A stretch of 64,000 bases of DNA from Eledone cirrhosa (GCA_964016885.1 OZ024745.1:32178001-32242000); one strand, 5' to 3'. Shown: positions 48,365 to 62,069, counted from the stretch's first letter. Numbers and translations: made by a program. Notes: generated by a model from the letters alone, not told the origin.

Positions 48365-48725
48365 CACATGGCTTAGTGGTTAGAGCATTGGCCTTGCAAT
48401 CGAAAGGTTGTGAGTTCAATTCTCAGACTCGGTGATATGTTGATTCCTTGAGCAAGACACTTTATTTCACATTGCTCCAGTTTACTCAGCTGTAGAAATG
48501 AGATGATAGGGACTGGGGTCCCTATCATTCCACTGCAAAGTGGTCGTGCAGGTGCCACGGCAAAAAAGCACCCAGCACTCACTGTAAATGAGGTTGGTGT
48601 TAGGAAGGGCATCCAGCATCAAGTTGGTGTTAGGAAGGGCATCAAGCCAGAATCAGTTCCCGTCCCACCCTTGCAAGCAGGGAAAAAGTGGACGTAAAAT
48701 GAAATGATGATGATGATGAAATGAT
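48365..48725 (+). mobile_element. Near full-length CORE-type SINE
   Basis: A and B boxes, core, internal hairpin ATGATAGGGAC-TGGG-GTCCCTATCAT, a short internal duplication and a (TGA)n tail. Confidence 0.9.
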
Positions 48726-48884
48726 ATATATCAGCAGTTTCAAGACATAAACACATCTAATTTATCAGATCCACTGGAGAATAATATATATAGTGACTCA
48801 AGTGTTGCATATTTCATATTCTGTTAATGACTGTCCATTCATTTTTCTTTTTGATTCTTCCTAAGACATCTCTCTCTCGCTGAT

Positions 48885-48932
<48 letters not shown>

Positions 48933-49066
48933 CCTCCCTCTCTCTCGCTGATGCACACACACACACACACACTCTCCCTCTCTCTCTCTTTTGTTTTTTA
49001 TTTCCCAAAGTTCTCTGGATTCACATACTATGACAAATATCTAATTGGCTATGATGTGTTGCTTAC

Positions 49067-49088
49067 ATGTCTGTGTGATTACATAGAA
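49067..49088 (-). CDS. Candidate 22-nt microexon (FYVITQT+1 nt), in phase with 58251-58277
   Basis: Polypyrimidine tract + TGTAG acceptor and GTAAGC donor. No homology support. Confidence 0.22.
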
Positions 49089-49579
49089 CTACAGTAATGC
49101 AAATCAAGAGCCAAAAGAAAAACAAAACCCCAAAAGAAATACACACATCACAGAATTGAATCATCACCACCAAAGCCACCACCACCGCCACCGCCACCAC
49201 CACCACCGCCACCATCACCACCGCCACCACCATCATCACCACCATCACCACCACTGGTAGCCATAGAAGGGATAACAGATGGGTTACCAAACATGGTAAC
49301 AATAATTATTTCTTACAAGACCAGAAATATGTGTTTTTGTTGTTTTTTTGTTTTGTTTTTAGTGGCAGAACAGTCGATTATATTAACCCCAGGATATGAC
49401 AGGTATTTGAACAACTCTGAAAAGATGAAAGACAAAGTCAGCCTCATAACTAAGGCATTTGTCCAATGCTATAATGATTCTGCAAATCAACTGCCCTAAT
49501 AGTAACAATTATATTTTCTAATTTAAGGACAAGGCCAGCAATTTGGGGAGGAAGGAAGTTGATTGAAATGACTAGTACT

Positions 49580-50157
49580 TTAAAAGGGTAAAGACCCCCT
49601 TCGGTCATGAATCACTATGGCTTTTGTACCTAGAAAGTTCCCCTCTGGGGCACAAGTCTAGGCAATCACCCATGCATACCAGTCTCCCCTTTCCATGTCA
49701 CCAATGTTGTCCAAGGGAAAAGCAAAGGCCAAGACAGCTCGGCACCAGTGACACTGCATTTCATATATACACATCTATACACTGTATATACACTATATAT
49801 GCTATATATACACTAAATATACACTGTATATATACACTATATACATACTATATATGTTATCCAAGAGAAAGAAAGGCTGATACAGTGTTGTACCAGTAAT
49901 GTCACAATTCATACACTATATTTACACTATATATACACTATACATACATAGCATATATAGTGTATATGTAGTGTATGTTGTTGTCCAAGGGAAAGGCCGA
50001 TACAGCTTAGCAGTGACATTGCAACAGATGAATGAACTGGAGTAATAAGAAATATAGTGTTTTGTTCAAGGGCACAATGCACTACCCAGTCTGAGAATCG
50101 AACTCACAATTTCACGATTGTGAATCTAACTCTCTAACTGCTAAGCCACATGCCTTA
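49580..50157 (-). mobile_element. Decayed tRNA SINE with internal tandem duplications and a TATACAC repeat
   Basis: tRNA-like head at 50090-50155; TGTCCAAGGGAAA..GGCC unit repeated three times. Confidence 0.55.
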
Positions 50158-50159
50158 AC

Positions 50160-50880
50160 AGCACCAGTACTTTACTGGTACTTTATTTTGTCGATCCTGA
50201 ATGGATGAAAGGTAAAGTTGAGCTTGATTTGAAATCAGAATGTAAAGAGCTGGAACAAACACTGAGGTATTTTGTCTGATGCTCTCACAATTCTGCCAAT
50301 TCACAACCCTTTAGCAATGGTAACAATAATGGCAACAAATGATATTGATGATGATGATGATGATGATGATGTTGTGCTGGTGATGATGTGGTGGTGGTGG
50401 TGGTGGATGAAGAGGAGGGGAAGAATATTACAAAGGATTAGACCAAACAAATTTAACTAGAAACTTTAGTGAAGTAGAAGAGTTAAGTAGAGTAAATAAT
50501 AAGTGTTTAATTTAGGATACATGAGAGAGGGCTTAGAACAATAGAATCCAATTTCTAAATTCCAGGAGCTTCAAGACAAGTATCTTATCAAACTTGCCAC
50601 CTGCATATAACAACAACAACACCAACATCAGCAACAATAACAACAACAACATTAGTTATAGTGATTTCTAACATAGGTAGAAGGCCAGAAATTAGGAGTG
50701 GGGCAGAAGTCAGTTATATCGACACCAGTTCTTGACTGGTACTTTATTTAATCGACCCCTCAGAACAATGAAAGGCATAGTTGATCTTGGTGAGATTTGA
50801 AAACCAGAATGTTAGTAGCTTGTTATGAAATATTGCAACACATTTCATCTGAGGCATTAATGATTCCATCAATCCACTAC
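50160..50880 (-). mobile_element. Nin-type SINEs (~50160-50300 and 50665-50880)
   Basis: CTGGTACTTTATTT..TCGA.CC..ATGAAAGG motifs. Confidence 0.65.
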
Positions 50881-50969
50881 TCTAACAATATCAGTAATAG
50901 TAAGGATTTCTTACTAAGATCAGACATTTGTTGGTTGTTGTTGTTTAGCCCCAGGTCATACCTGTTTAT

Positions 50970-51191
50970 CCCTTTAGCATTTACATTACTCTGTATATAT
51001 TATTGTATTTTTGTGGTAAAGGCTTTATCCTACATAATTATCTCACATAATATTGAATCTATGAGATTTTGATGTTATTTATTTTGAGAACAATACCTTA
51101 ACATAAGTATGGGCAGCCAGTTACAGCCGGTTTGAACAGAAAAAAAGTGAGAGAATTCTGGCCAGAGACAGCCAGTTTAAATGCTAAAGGG
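50970..51191. mobile_element. piggyBac-like MITE
   Basis: TIR CCCTTTAGCATTTA / TAAATGCTAAAGGG; flanks TTAT and TTAA. Confidence 0.75.
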
Positions 51192-51744
51192 TTAAGCAAA
51201 CCTATGATCAAAGATATTCCAGTTGTGACTATCTCATGTGCAAGAAATCTAAGATCATATCATCTAATATATCATTGGTAGGGTGTGATTTGAGAGAGAT
51301 TTGACTTTTCTTTCTAGCAGGTCTATCGTCCATGTAGAGGCTCCTCTAGTTGGTTCATGTCATTGATATGAGGGGTGACCAAGCATAGGATTTGGGCTGG
51401 TCTATTAGTAGGGTTATTTTGGTGGGGACTGTGTGTCAAATTCTAAGTCCCTTGACATGGTGTTTATGTTTTAGTTACTGACTTTCTTTTATGATACTCA
51501 GTGCACCAATTATTGTTGGTGCCAGGTTTCATATCCCCCCCCCCCCCCCATACACATATGGGCCTTATTTCCATTTCAATGCCCTAGTATTTTGACAGCT
51601 TCTCAACTTCCTTCTAGTTTATGTTTTGATCGGAAAGAAACAAGATGTTATTCATTACGATGCCTGGGTAAATTTATTTTAATCTTGCCAGTTTGTACAG
51701 GAATGTCCTACAGTATCATAAACATACAATAACTATTATTATTA

Positions 51745-51968
51745 TTGGTGGACTGGCAATATCAGTAGTGCATCGAACAACATGCTCTGTGGCATAGAGT
51801 TACGACCCTTTATGTTCTGTGTTCAAATCCTACCAAGGTTAGCTTTGCTTTCATCCTTGCAGGGTCGATAAAATAAAATACCATTAATGCACTGGGGTCG
51901 ATTTAATCGACTCCCCCCCCCCCAAAAAAAAAAATTACTGGCTTTGTTTCTAATGTAGAAATCATTAT
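51745..51968 (+). mobile_element. Full-length Nin-type SINE
   Basis: tRNA-like head, Nin domain, GGGGTCGATTTAATCGAC hairpin, (C)n(A)n and (TTA)n tail. Confidence 0.8.
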
Positions 51969-53847
51969 TATCATTTTATTCTTTTTGTTTCAGTCATTAC
52001 ATAGCAGCCATGCTTTGACTCCATCTTCAAGGGATTTAATCTATATCGACCCCAGTACATATTTTGTCTAATACTTTATTGATTTCTGTTTGTGGTGGTG
52101 ATGAAAGAAATCAAAAGCACATTATCAAAAAAATGTTGCTTGAGACAGGAGAAAAAGTTTAGAGTTGGACTAAATGTGTCCCAATATTTAGCCTTTTTGT
52201 CTGTGTCTCCCAGGTTTGTACAAGGTCAACTTTGTCTTTGATACTTCAATGGGGAAGGGTTTTATTAAAACAAGTGCATTTCAAGTCTTAATTCTCACCA
52301 GAAATAATTTTAGCTTCATGTTTGATTGCCATTGAATCAACATACATGACTAACTAAAATAAAATCTTTTGTATAGAATATTTTGTAATAAAAAATATAA
52401 TTTAATAGTTTAATTTATGAAACTATATTTACAAACTATCGTTATAAATCATGAGAGCCAGAAGAACAAAACGCTATACCACATCACAATATCAAACTCT
52501 ATTTCAAAATACTTTTAGTCATTGATTGATTATATAATTAGAATTACACTGAAATTATCATCATCAGCAGCATAGAGAATGGAGGAGATATTATGGATAA
52601 TATTTGAAAAAAAAAAGACAAAAATAAGATTTGGATTTGCTATTTTAGAAAAGAAAAAGATGTGAAATTGTTTTCGTTTGAAGCTAAACTTCAAAGACAA
52701 CAACAGTGGTGGTGACATCGATGGTGATGGTAACTACAATGACAAATTGATAGCAATGACACTGACAGCATTGTTTCAACTATTAATGTCCTCTACTGCA
52801 TGAAACCACACTAGCAAAACAACCTTGAAAAGTACAAAACAACATTATGACTGTTGCACATTAAACATCAAAGTATTTACTTTAGTTTATGACACAACAA
52901 TCTGTTTACTATTAAAAATACTATAAACATTTGAATTAACAAACCTATTTTAGGCATGGCATGCTTTGCTAAATCCTTAAAAGATTAGTAGCAAGTATTC
53001 TACATTGGTGTCAAGTGGTTGAATTAGGCCTGTACTAGAAGTAGAATGTATCATTAATCGCATTAAAGATGTTGATCCAGGATGTTGCCAAATATCGTAT
53101 CTGCACTCATAAGATTGCCTTGCAGAACAAACGAACCCTTCTCTAAACTAGATCATATCCAAATACTTTCCACCACCAAATAAAATCACTCAGTAACACA
53201 CATCAACTTCTGACCTACAAGCATACTATCTCCTCTCCTTATCTTTTCTACCACTTCTACAGTGGTTTCTGATTCTCATTCCTGGTTGATCTCCTGTCAG
53301 CTCCACTTAGGCACTTCTAACTCATTCACCTCTCCTTCTCTTATTACTCACATTGTGTTCACCAAATATGGATAACAAAAAGCTGAGAGAGAAGTGTTCA
53401 TTTTACATCCATATCTACTATATATTTGAGAGTGTATATGTGTATGTGTGTATATATGTATGTTGTATGTCACCAAAAGGCTCTGAAATGCTACATCCTA
53501 GAGAAAAACGTATTTAATTTTTGAAATCTGCATCCCGAGAAGGTTTTGAGCACATGGGGTTTAGAATTTTGCCCATTTCTCAGATATATAATGAGGGCGG
53601 AGGGCTTTATATTCAAGTATATATGGTGCATCTGAATTATCTACAAAATATTTCTGTTTGACAGAAACTATTGATATTAATAATCAAAGCTGAATAAATA
53701 TTGTCTATCTTAACACTTTTATAATGCATTCTTCTAGCTGAACCTTGATGTATTAACACAACATCCTGTACTACATAAAACTGCATTAACAGAACATTTT
53801 TGAAAAGTACAAAACTGCACTATGACATTTAAATATTAAAGTATTTA

Positions 53848-54464
53848 CCACATATACTCGAATATAAGTTCCCTCACTCCACCCCAATCATAATTTTATT
53901 ACTGAGTAATAGGCAAAATTCCAAACCCCATTTATAAGCTGAGGCAGGTAATTGACACAAATATGCTTATAGATGGTGTAGTTTTGAAATTCTTGTGAGT
54001 GTGTGTGTGTGTATGTATGTATGTAATAAATATAGTTATGAAGTTTTGATATTTAAAATATTTTGTTTCACAACTCCATTATGTAATGATTTTTTATCAA
54101 TTTCTCACCATATTCATTCAAAACATATTGAAAACAATATATATATTCCAAATATCAGTCCAAACAAAGTTAGTTGTTTTACTAAATCCCTGTAAATTTT
54201 TGATTATTTTTCAAATACAACACATGGAACCTAGAGACTGCTTTTATCAAAACTATGATCATGGAAGGATCAAAGGGGAAACATATTGAAAACAATAGAA
54301 AATACAAATTTTCACATTAAAAGTGAAAATATTTTGGCACTTTATATACGTAGAACTTTGAAGTTAGTGAAAATTGGCAAAATATTGACCTCGAATATAA
54401 GCTAACCCCCATTTCAACATCAATTTTTTGTCACATATTTCTCAGCTTATATGAGTATATACAA
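53848..54464. mobile_element. pogo/Tigger-like MITE with a nested ~220-bp element (~54058-54280, also found at ~55300-55550)
   Basis: Ends CCACATATACTCGAATATAAG / CTTATATGAGTATATACAA, TA on both sides; empty paralogous site at 52873-52885. Confidence 0.7.
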
Positions 54465-54687
54465 TACTTTAATTTACTGCAAATTTTCACAATGATCTCT
54501 CCACCACTAGTAAAGATTTGAATTAACAAACTCATTTTTAGATATTTTTTGCTAAACCATTGCAGGATGTTAAAAGTTAACCAACTGCTACTAGTGCACT
54601 GGTTTTAAGGTTGATGCTTTAACAATAGGGTCACGAGTTCAAGCCTTACTATAATAGCTGTCGTGTTGTTCTTCAGCAAAGCGTCTA

Positions 54688-54899
54688 CGAGGGGGTGCTG
54701 AAAAGTTCCTGGCTTGATTGCTGATACAGGGGCCTAATTGGAGGCCCAACCTTCCGAGTTCTTTTTACAGGGCTTAGAAAAACTGAAGGACCACTGCAAT
54801 AAATGTGTGGATCTGAGAGGGGAATATGTTGAATAAAATTATAATTAACTGATCCTTCTGCATGTTCTTTTATCCAAAGCCAGGAACTTTTCAGCACCC
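54688..54899 (+). mobile_element. Mariner internal-deletion derivative
   Basis: TIR GGGTGCTGAAAAGTTCCTGGCTT / AAGCCAGGAACTTTTCAGCACCC; retains the transposase C-terminus GLEKLKDHCNKCVDLRGEYVE*. Confidence 0.85.
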
Positions 54900-56294
54900 A
54901 CTTTTAAAGGTGCATGCTTGTATTTGCTTGACTGACAAAAATAGTTTCCATTTCTAGTTTATGGTTGAGTGATTAGCAGTAGGAAGGGAATCTAGTTGGA
55001 ATACTTATTGCTCTCACAAATAAATCTGCCAATCCATGCAAGCACGGAAAAACAGATATAAAAAAAAATTAAGGGGTTAAAATAGAAAAATTGAAAGAAT
55101 AGAATATATAAAGTGAGAGAAATGATTGAAACCTAAAATAATGTTCATTGAAAGCCATTGTTTGAAATCTAAAATAATGTTCCTTGTAAGCACTGCTGTT
55201 ATTGCTGTTGTGATCATTCATGCTAGTATGGTATAATGGATATAAAACAGAAAAACAAACATGACTTCTCATGTTCATTAATCCTTTTGTTGCCTATTCA
55301 CCCAAAATCATTTCTGGTTTTATGATGTAAACATCTCTCATTTTAAAGTGTTCATATTTAAACTAAAACATTCCAACATAATTTCATACAAAACAGAAAC
55401 TTTTGTTAAGTTATATTCCAAATATCAGCTCCACAACAAAGTTAGTTGTTTTATTAAATCCCTGTAAATTTTTGATTATTTTTAAAATAAAACAGATGGA
55501 GTCCAGAGACTGCTTTTATCAAAAATATGATCATAGAAGGGTCAAAGGGGAAAATTTACTTGATCTTCTTTTTAGATTAACTTAACCAAATATAAGAATT
55601 CTCATGATTACTGCTGGTTGTTTAAATAAAGTATTAAGCCACTGCCAATGAACCTTATGGAGTTACTTGACCAACAAGAAATAGCAACCAAATCTCTCTT
55701 AAATTACAACCTATCATCATAAATACAAGGACATATTTGGTTTTGCAGATCCGTACATACTCCTAAAATGATGGGGTGGTCACAGTTGGAACAGTTTTTA
55801 TCATACGTGTGCTTAATTAGAGTTGACTTGGAGCATTCAGCAGCAAGATGAGCCAATAAGAGAGCTTCTACAACAATCATGGGCAAACTGCGGCCTGTTT
55901 GGCTTTCTGAATGGTACTCCTAATTTCAAAATTACCTTGAATATTTTAGTAGTGTGGCCCACTTTATGATGATCCACATCCTATGTGACCCACTGCTCAG
56001 AAATGATTGCCCTGTTCTACAAGGTCATTTGATCTGATAGAAATTGCAGCTAAATCTCCTTCAGATAATTCAACTATCTTAAATAAGGAAAGAATACATT
56101 GATTAAGGCAGTTTTTCAAATGATGGAAGGGTCGTGCCTGAAATACCTTTGATCATAGGCCTGTTCAACCAGGGTTGATCCACAACAACTATTTATATTC
56201 TGACACCAGTACTACAATAGTTCTTAGCAAAGACAGTTTAGCTATTAAAATACCTTTGAAAGCAACCTAGTCCAGGAATGATACCCAACATTTT

Positions 56295-56545
56295 GATTGT
56301 GAACTACAATCAAAATGTCATTGGTTTGATTCCTGGACTAGGTTGTGTGTTGTGTTCTTGAGCAAAACACTTCATTCCACGTTGTTCCAGTATACTCAGT
56401 TGAAAATGAGTACCAGAAATAGCCAGAAGTTTAGCTCTGTGATAGACTGGCATTCTGTCCAGGGGAGAGTCTTTTACTCTCAGTCACTTCATGCCTCAGA
56501 AACTGGGATAAACACTGGCTTAATGAGCCTCCAATCTTGAGACAA
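56295..56545 (+). mobile_element. Older CORE-type SINE
   Basis: GGTTTGATTCC B box and TTCTTGAGCAAAACACTT core; similar to 9246-9475. Confidence 0.65.
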
Positions 56546-57097
56546 ACTTTAGTCATTTAAGAGAGCAGGGTATGTAATTTGGAAGATGTTTGACTGTGAT
56601 TTGTGGCAGGTTGTACATACTATGTCATGGTTACTGCTGTTGTTGTTTAACCCCAGATCAACTCTTATTCTTAAGCATGACAAACTTAACTTTTTCTTAT
56701 GTACAGAGAACTTAGGATCACATCAAATACTACATGCCCAATTTTTTTTTTAAGACTCCAGGGTTCAATATGTTGGAGATCTGCCTGCTATTTCTAGCAA
56801 GTTTGTCAAGTAACCATGTCAAGGCTGCCTCTTATATGTGTGACATAGAAGTATCACTGTAGACTTCAGCAGCACTAGATAACCAGTAAGAACATTTTGA
56901 CAGCTTGCAATCATTAACAAGCTTTAAAAAAAATCTAATAAACTTGGAGAAAATAATCAGAAATCACTAAGAAGCAGCTTCTCAAACAAAACATTGGACT
57001 TGATTATTAGAACATGCTATATTAGCAGTAGCACTAACACAGTGTGATTCATAATAGAGGTGTATATGAAAACACTTATGATACGTTTATGTATAAT

Positions 57098-57315
57098 GAT
57101 TTCTGATTTAGGCACAAGGCTAACAATTTTTTAGGGAGGGGGGGGGGGGGGGGTAATTAAATCGACACCAGTGCATTACTGGTACTTTACTTTATTGTCC
57201 TATAAAGCTGAAAGGCAAAGTTAACCTTGGCGGAATTTGAACTCAGAATATAAAGGGCAGTAACGCTATGCTGCAAAGCATGTTGTCCGATGCTCTACCA
57301 ATGCCTCTAATCCAT
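57098..57315 (-). mobile_element. Nin-type SINE
   Basis: Reverse complement of the 51745-51968 family. Confidence 0.8.
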
Positions 57316-57556
57316 GTTTATGTATAATAAACATATATAAGTCTTGCTACATATGTTTTAAGCTGTGATCACATCACAGTTATCTCAGTAGCCATGAGAG
57401 AATGCCAGACACTACACTACTGAGACAAGAATAAACTACAGCTTATATACGTTTTGCATATAAGATATCTGCTGGTGATGTTCATTTGCATATCGTCCAT
57501 GTTTGACTTGGCTGGAATTAATTATCAGTAACACTAATAGAGCTGGGATTCATTGT

Positions 57557-57767
57557 AGAGGTTGACTGAAAAGTTCATAGGTTGACTAAGAAGGAGTGAT
57601 GCTAGAGCTGTGAAATTTTGTATACATTAATTTCAACTCTTCTTATTAACTACATTGTTTATTTCCAGGGACTATATTGAAAAATAAACCTCATTTGGAC
57701 ATTCTATGAGAGTGTCTTAGTCAGCCTAGAAACTTTACAGCCTATGAACTTTTCAGCCAACCCTCAT
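57557..57767. mobile_element. Mariner-type MITE
   Basis: Homologous to 27515-27701, with a partly duplicated right TIR. Confidence 0.8.
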
Positions 57768-58250
57768 ATGGAGACACATACAATAATGTTTATGTATAAT
57801 AGAAATATATAAGTTGTGCTATAAATGTTTTAAGAGATGTTTGTGTGGATGTGTCTGTATGTGCATGTACGCAAGATCAAGGTGAAGACTTAATTCTCAA
57901 TTAGTAATAAAAAGACCCACAGACCAAAATATCTCTACAATATGAAAAGCTAGAATAAATGGTGAGTTTTTGTTGTTGTTGGTGGTGGTGGTCGTGGGAG
58001 GAAGGAATATTACAATACAATGGTAATGTATCATGTGAAGAAAATATTCTTCAGTCACTTAAAATCTTGAAAAATTATGGGAGCTCCAATACACTGCAGA
58101 ATCTCCTGGCAATAACTATATGTACAGAAATATGATGAAGAGAGACAAAGAGAGAAAGAAAGAAAAAGTAAGAAAGAAAGAAAGAAAATTTCTAAATTTA
58201 AAAAAAAAAACAGTGTAAGAAAGAGAAACACACAGAGAGATATATCTTAC

Positions 58251-58277
58251 TAGAAAAGAAATTGCAATGGGGTCCAT
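58251..58277 (-). CDS. Candidate first coding exon of an unknown host gene (MDPIAISFL)
   Basis: ATG plus 8 codons ending at a GTAAGA donor, downstream of ~600 bp of non-repetitive sequence. No homology support. Confidence 0.25.
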
Positions 58278-59739
58278 TAAAGCTTTAGAAAAATAATGAC
58301 AGATATGAGATAAGACTAAGCAGGTCTTTCTTCAAAATATCCTAAAAGTGATAAATTCTTAGCTTCCACATAATATTTCTTCTACTCTTCACAACACACC
58401 CGTACAGACATACCTATACATAACGAGACATAATAACACACGCATAAACACTTGGATACAGACAACAGATTACAGAAAGCATTAGTAAAGTAGGAAAACA
58501 GAAATTACTCAAGCTATTTCTGTTTTCAGTTGATCAGGAAGGAGAGGAGAGGGGAAACATTTCTGTTATGAAATGATGCATTGTGTTTATTCTTCAGTTA
58601 CTAGCAGATGTTACCGTTAAGCTTTTGGAATCCCTTTTACCTCAGTTTCCTTTCTACAATTTTTATGGCTTGCTTTGAGTTAAATATCCAAGATGATTTA
58701 CAAGAGAGCTACAGTACATCTGATTTACAGCTTGTTGATAACATCTTTCTCTTTGTTGCTTTTTTTGTGGAGGATGGGTGTCTTCTCTGTTTTCAAACTG
58801 GCAAAGTACACATTTTAGGCTTTAAAGCAGAGAAATTAGAAACTAGAAAACGAAGGATTGAGATGTACAAATATATATATAGCTAAGTGTAGCATCTGAC
58901 CTGAATAGACCCCCATCTCTAAAAACCCCATTATCACCATTTAAAATGTATTCTCTATGTTTGCATGGGTTAGACAGATTGTTATGTACTGAGGTTAGAC
59001 TGTTCAGGTGACCATGCCTTGCGTGTATGCTCTGTTTGAGTATTGGTTTCTATGGTTGGAAGCCCTTCTTTAACACAAGCCATTTTACAGCATATGCTGG
59101 GAGCATTTTATTGACTCCAGCATAGCCACTTTACAAGGTGGACTGGGAGCTTTTTGTTGGGGCACCAGCTAGGCACATTACAAGATGAACTGGATGTTGT
59201 TTTATCATGGTATCAGCATACAACTTTACGAAGTTGGAAGTTGGACCGGTGAATTTTATCATGGCACCATCATTACTTCATTACAAAACTAGAGAGCTCA
59301 GTATATCATTGGTCAAGCTGGGAAGATATTGTTGGTAATGAGAGTGTAAAAAAATGAGAGAGATGCAACTATATATTGCTTGCTAAGGGGTGGTGACTTT
59401 AAGCAAGTGGGGTGCATCGAATATTCTTATTGTCAATGTACCTCTCCTTCCACCCCATCCATCTATCTACCTATCCCTGCCATCATTTTCCCCCTGGTAC
59501 TTTCTATTACTGGACAGCATCACCCTTTTCTACCCCCACCCCCATATGGTTCAGTCATCCTTGCTCCTTTCTCTTGCTGCACTTCAACTGTTACCTACGA
59601 AACTTCCCTCCCCACTTATAACAATATATTGGAACTTCTCCAGTTCTTTTACAGTTTCAGCTATGAAAGGTCAAATTCTAAACACACAGGACCTCTCACA
59701 GACAAACAGTCCTGAATTTCTGTTATCACCAGGAGAAAC

Positions 59740-60625
59740 ATAGAAAGAAACTGAAGAGAGGGACAGAAGACTTAATCTTAGCTGTGCAGGACCAGGCAAT
59801 CAGAATGAGATATATCAAAATGAATATAGATAAAGAAGACATCCAGTTTCATGTAGAATATGTGGTGAAAGAGAAGAAATGGTAGTACATATGGTCTCTA
59901 AATATAGGATTCTTGTTCAAAAACATTATAAGAACTGGAGACATAATAAAGTTACAACAATCTTAAAGTTTGAATTTGAACATGTGGAGAAGTGGTATAA
60001 CCACAAACCAGAAAGTGTCCTTGAAAATAACCGTGTAAAAGTATTAGAAGACATGTTATACCCAACAAAGAGGAAAGTGTCTGTTGACTAATGGATGTAA
60101 CTTGCCCATTTGATATTACAAAGGTGGTCTGAAAAGTTCATAGGGCTGTGAAATCTTGCATACATTAATTTCAACTATTCTTATTAATAATTGCATTGTT
60201 TCTTTCTAGAGAATATGTTGAAAAATAAACCACATTTAGTCATTCCATGAGAGTATCTTGGTCAGTCTATGAACATTTTTAAGCTGACCCTTATATATTG
60301 ATAGACAAAGAAAAGGAGAAAATAGAAAAGTGAAAAGACCCGAAATACTAAATACAGAGAAACTAGAATTGCTGCAAAGTTGTTATCATTGTAATTGTAA
60401 GATGAGCCTTAGGGACAATGACTAGCAGTTGGAGAGGTAGGTTGAAGATATTGGATATAGAGGTGAATATCTTAACAGAAAGCTTGTTTACTTGGCACAG
60501 CAGGTACCAAGGAAAAAGTGTTAAGATACCAATGACTGCAGGAAACAATTTGATATCTAACAATACAAATATCAGCAGAGTAACAACAATAAGCCAAATA
60601 AAGAAGAAATAATAATAATAATAAC
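59740..60625 (+). mobile_element. Decayed R4/Dong-like non-LTR element (restriction-like endonuclease end), interrupted by a mariner MITE at 60119-60293
   Basis: KETE..LILAVQDQAIR, CRICGEREEMVVHMVS, RHNKV, KWYNHKPESVLEN, DVTCPFD, KEKEKIEK; (TAA)n follows. Confidence 0.75.
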
Positions 60626-60667
60626 ACTGATAATAATAATATATTTATGTGTTTAGATATGTGTATG

Positions 60668-60700
<33 letters not shown>

Positions 60701-62069
60701 GTGTGTGTGTATATATATACACACATGTTATATAGAGATGGTCCTCTGGTTTAACTACAGGCTCTATTTGTTTGCACAGCAAGACTAAATATATATTTAT
60801 TAAATGTCCACATGTAAATTTATTTACCACTTGCCCTCAAACATGCTAGCTCAGTACTGTAGTTAATTAAAAATACATACACACATATTCATATATATGC
60901 ACACTCACGTACACTTAGATGTGTAAAAAAAACGTGTACGTGTGTACGTGTGTGTGTGTGCGTGTGCGTGTGTGTGTGTGTGTTTTTGTCAAAGAATAAC
61001 TTGATTGCCAGATACATGTTTCTGAAAGAAATGTGTGAAATTTCCACAGTGGAATCTAATGTGTGTTTGTGTGTGGCAAGAAAGATATTTAAAGGTTATT
61101 ATATGCAGCCTGTCTTGTCTGGGTGGGGATCGTACTTATTCAACACTTGGGAAAAAAAAGTAATCACAAACAACAGTTTCAAAATCTTAAATGACACATG
61201 GTGTCATTAGAGCATCAAATGCCAATTGATCATACATCGTTCACTGCTCACTGTATTCTATGTAGCAGCAGAATGTAGAGAAGGAGTGTTCCTCTTTAAA
61301 AGTTCATGAGAAGGAATTTCGGCATGTGGCAGCTGGTTAGAATTAGTTGGGCTTGGTGGTAGCAAAGGAGGTAGTGCTTTGTTTCCAGGAGGCAGAGGTC
61401 ATAGTAATTTGATTCTGAATGCTTGATACTCTCTTCACAATTGGCTATGGTACATTAGTATTGATGTTTGGCTACTATTTCTAGCATATTGAATGACCAT
61501 ATAGAGTATTTGACATACTGTTAAGTACTTAATTTTTATAGTGTCTGTGTTAGTCTCATTATAGTACTATAAAAGTTGAGTTATTTATTCCTATACTTGA
61601 TGTTTTAGAAAATTTTCTATCATATGTTTTGACTGGGTTTTTCTGTGAATATATAATGGGCTGTTATTTAGTTTAACTCTTTCATGGCCATATTTCTTAT
61701 TAAATATATTAAAATAAATCTTGAAAAAAAAAAGTCAAGAATTTGAAATGTTTTAATATAATAACCATTTCATTAATTTGGTGTTAAGAACATGACAATA
61801 AAATTATTCCATAAAATTACGATGGAAAGTTTTAATTTAGACACAAACACTTTAAAATAGACTGAAAAGGATCATCATGAATAATTGAATATAAATAAAC
61901 TTTTTTTAAACATCTTATTATTTATTTACCTAATTTTCAAAGAATCATTTGTCTGAGATACACAGAAGCAATTATGTCTACAACTTTATCTAAATCGATA
62001 TTTCTGTCATGGGTAATGAAAATCAATGCAAAGGAAGAAAGTCTTTTTTTACCCATGGATGTTCTGACA

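Noticed and set aside
49163-49255. Val/Ala-rich or His/Thr-rich ORF
   Set aside because: It is a (CAC/CAT)n microsatellite.
58608-58886. 92-aa plus-strand ORF in unique sequence
   Set aside because: No recognisable motif or convincing splice signals; its length is compatible with chance.
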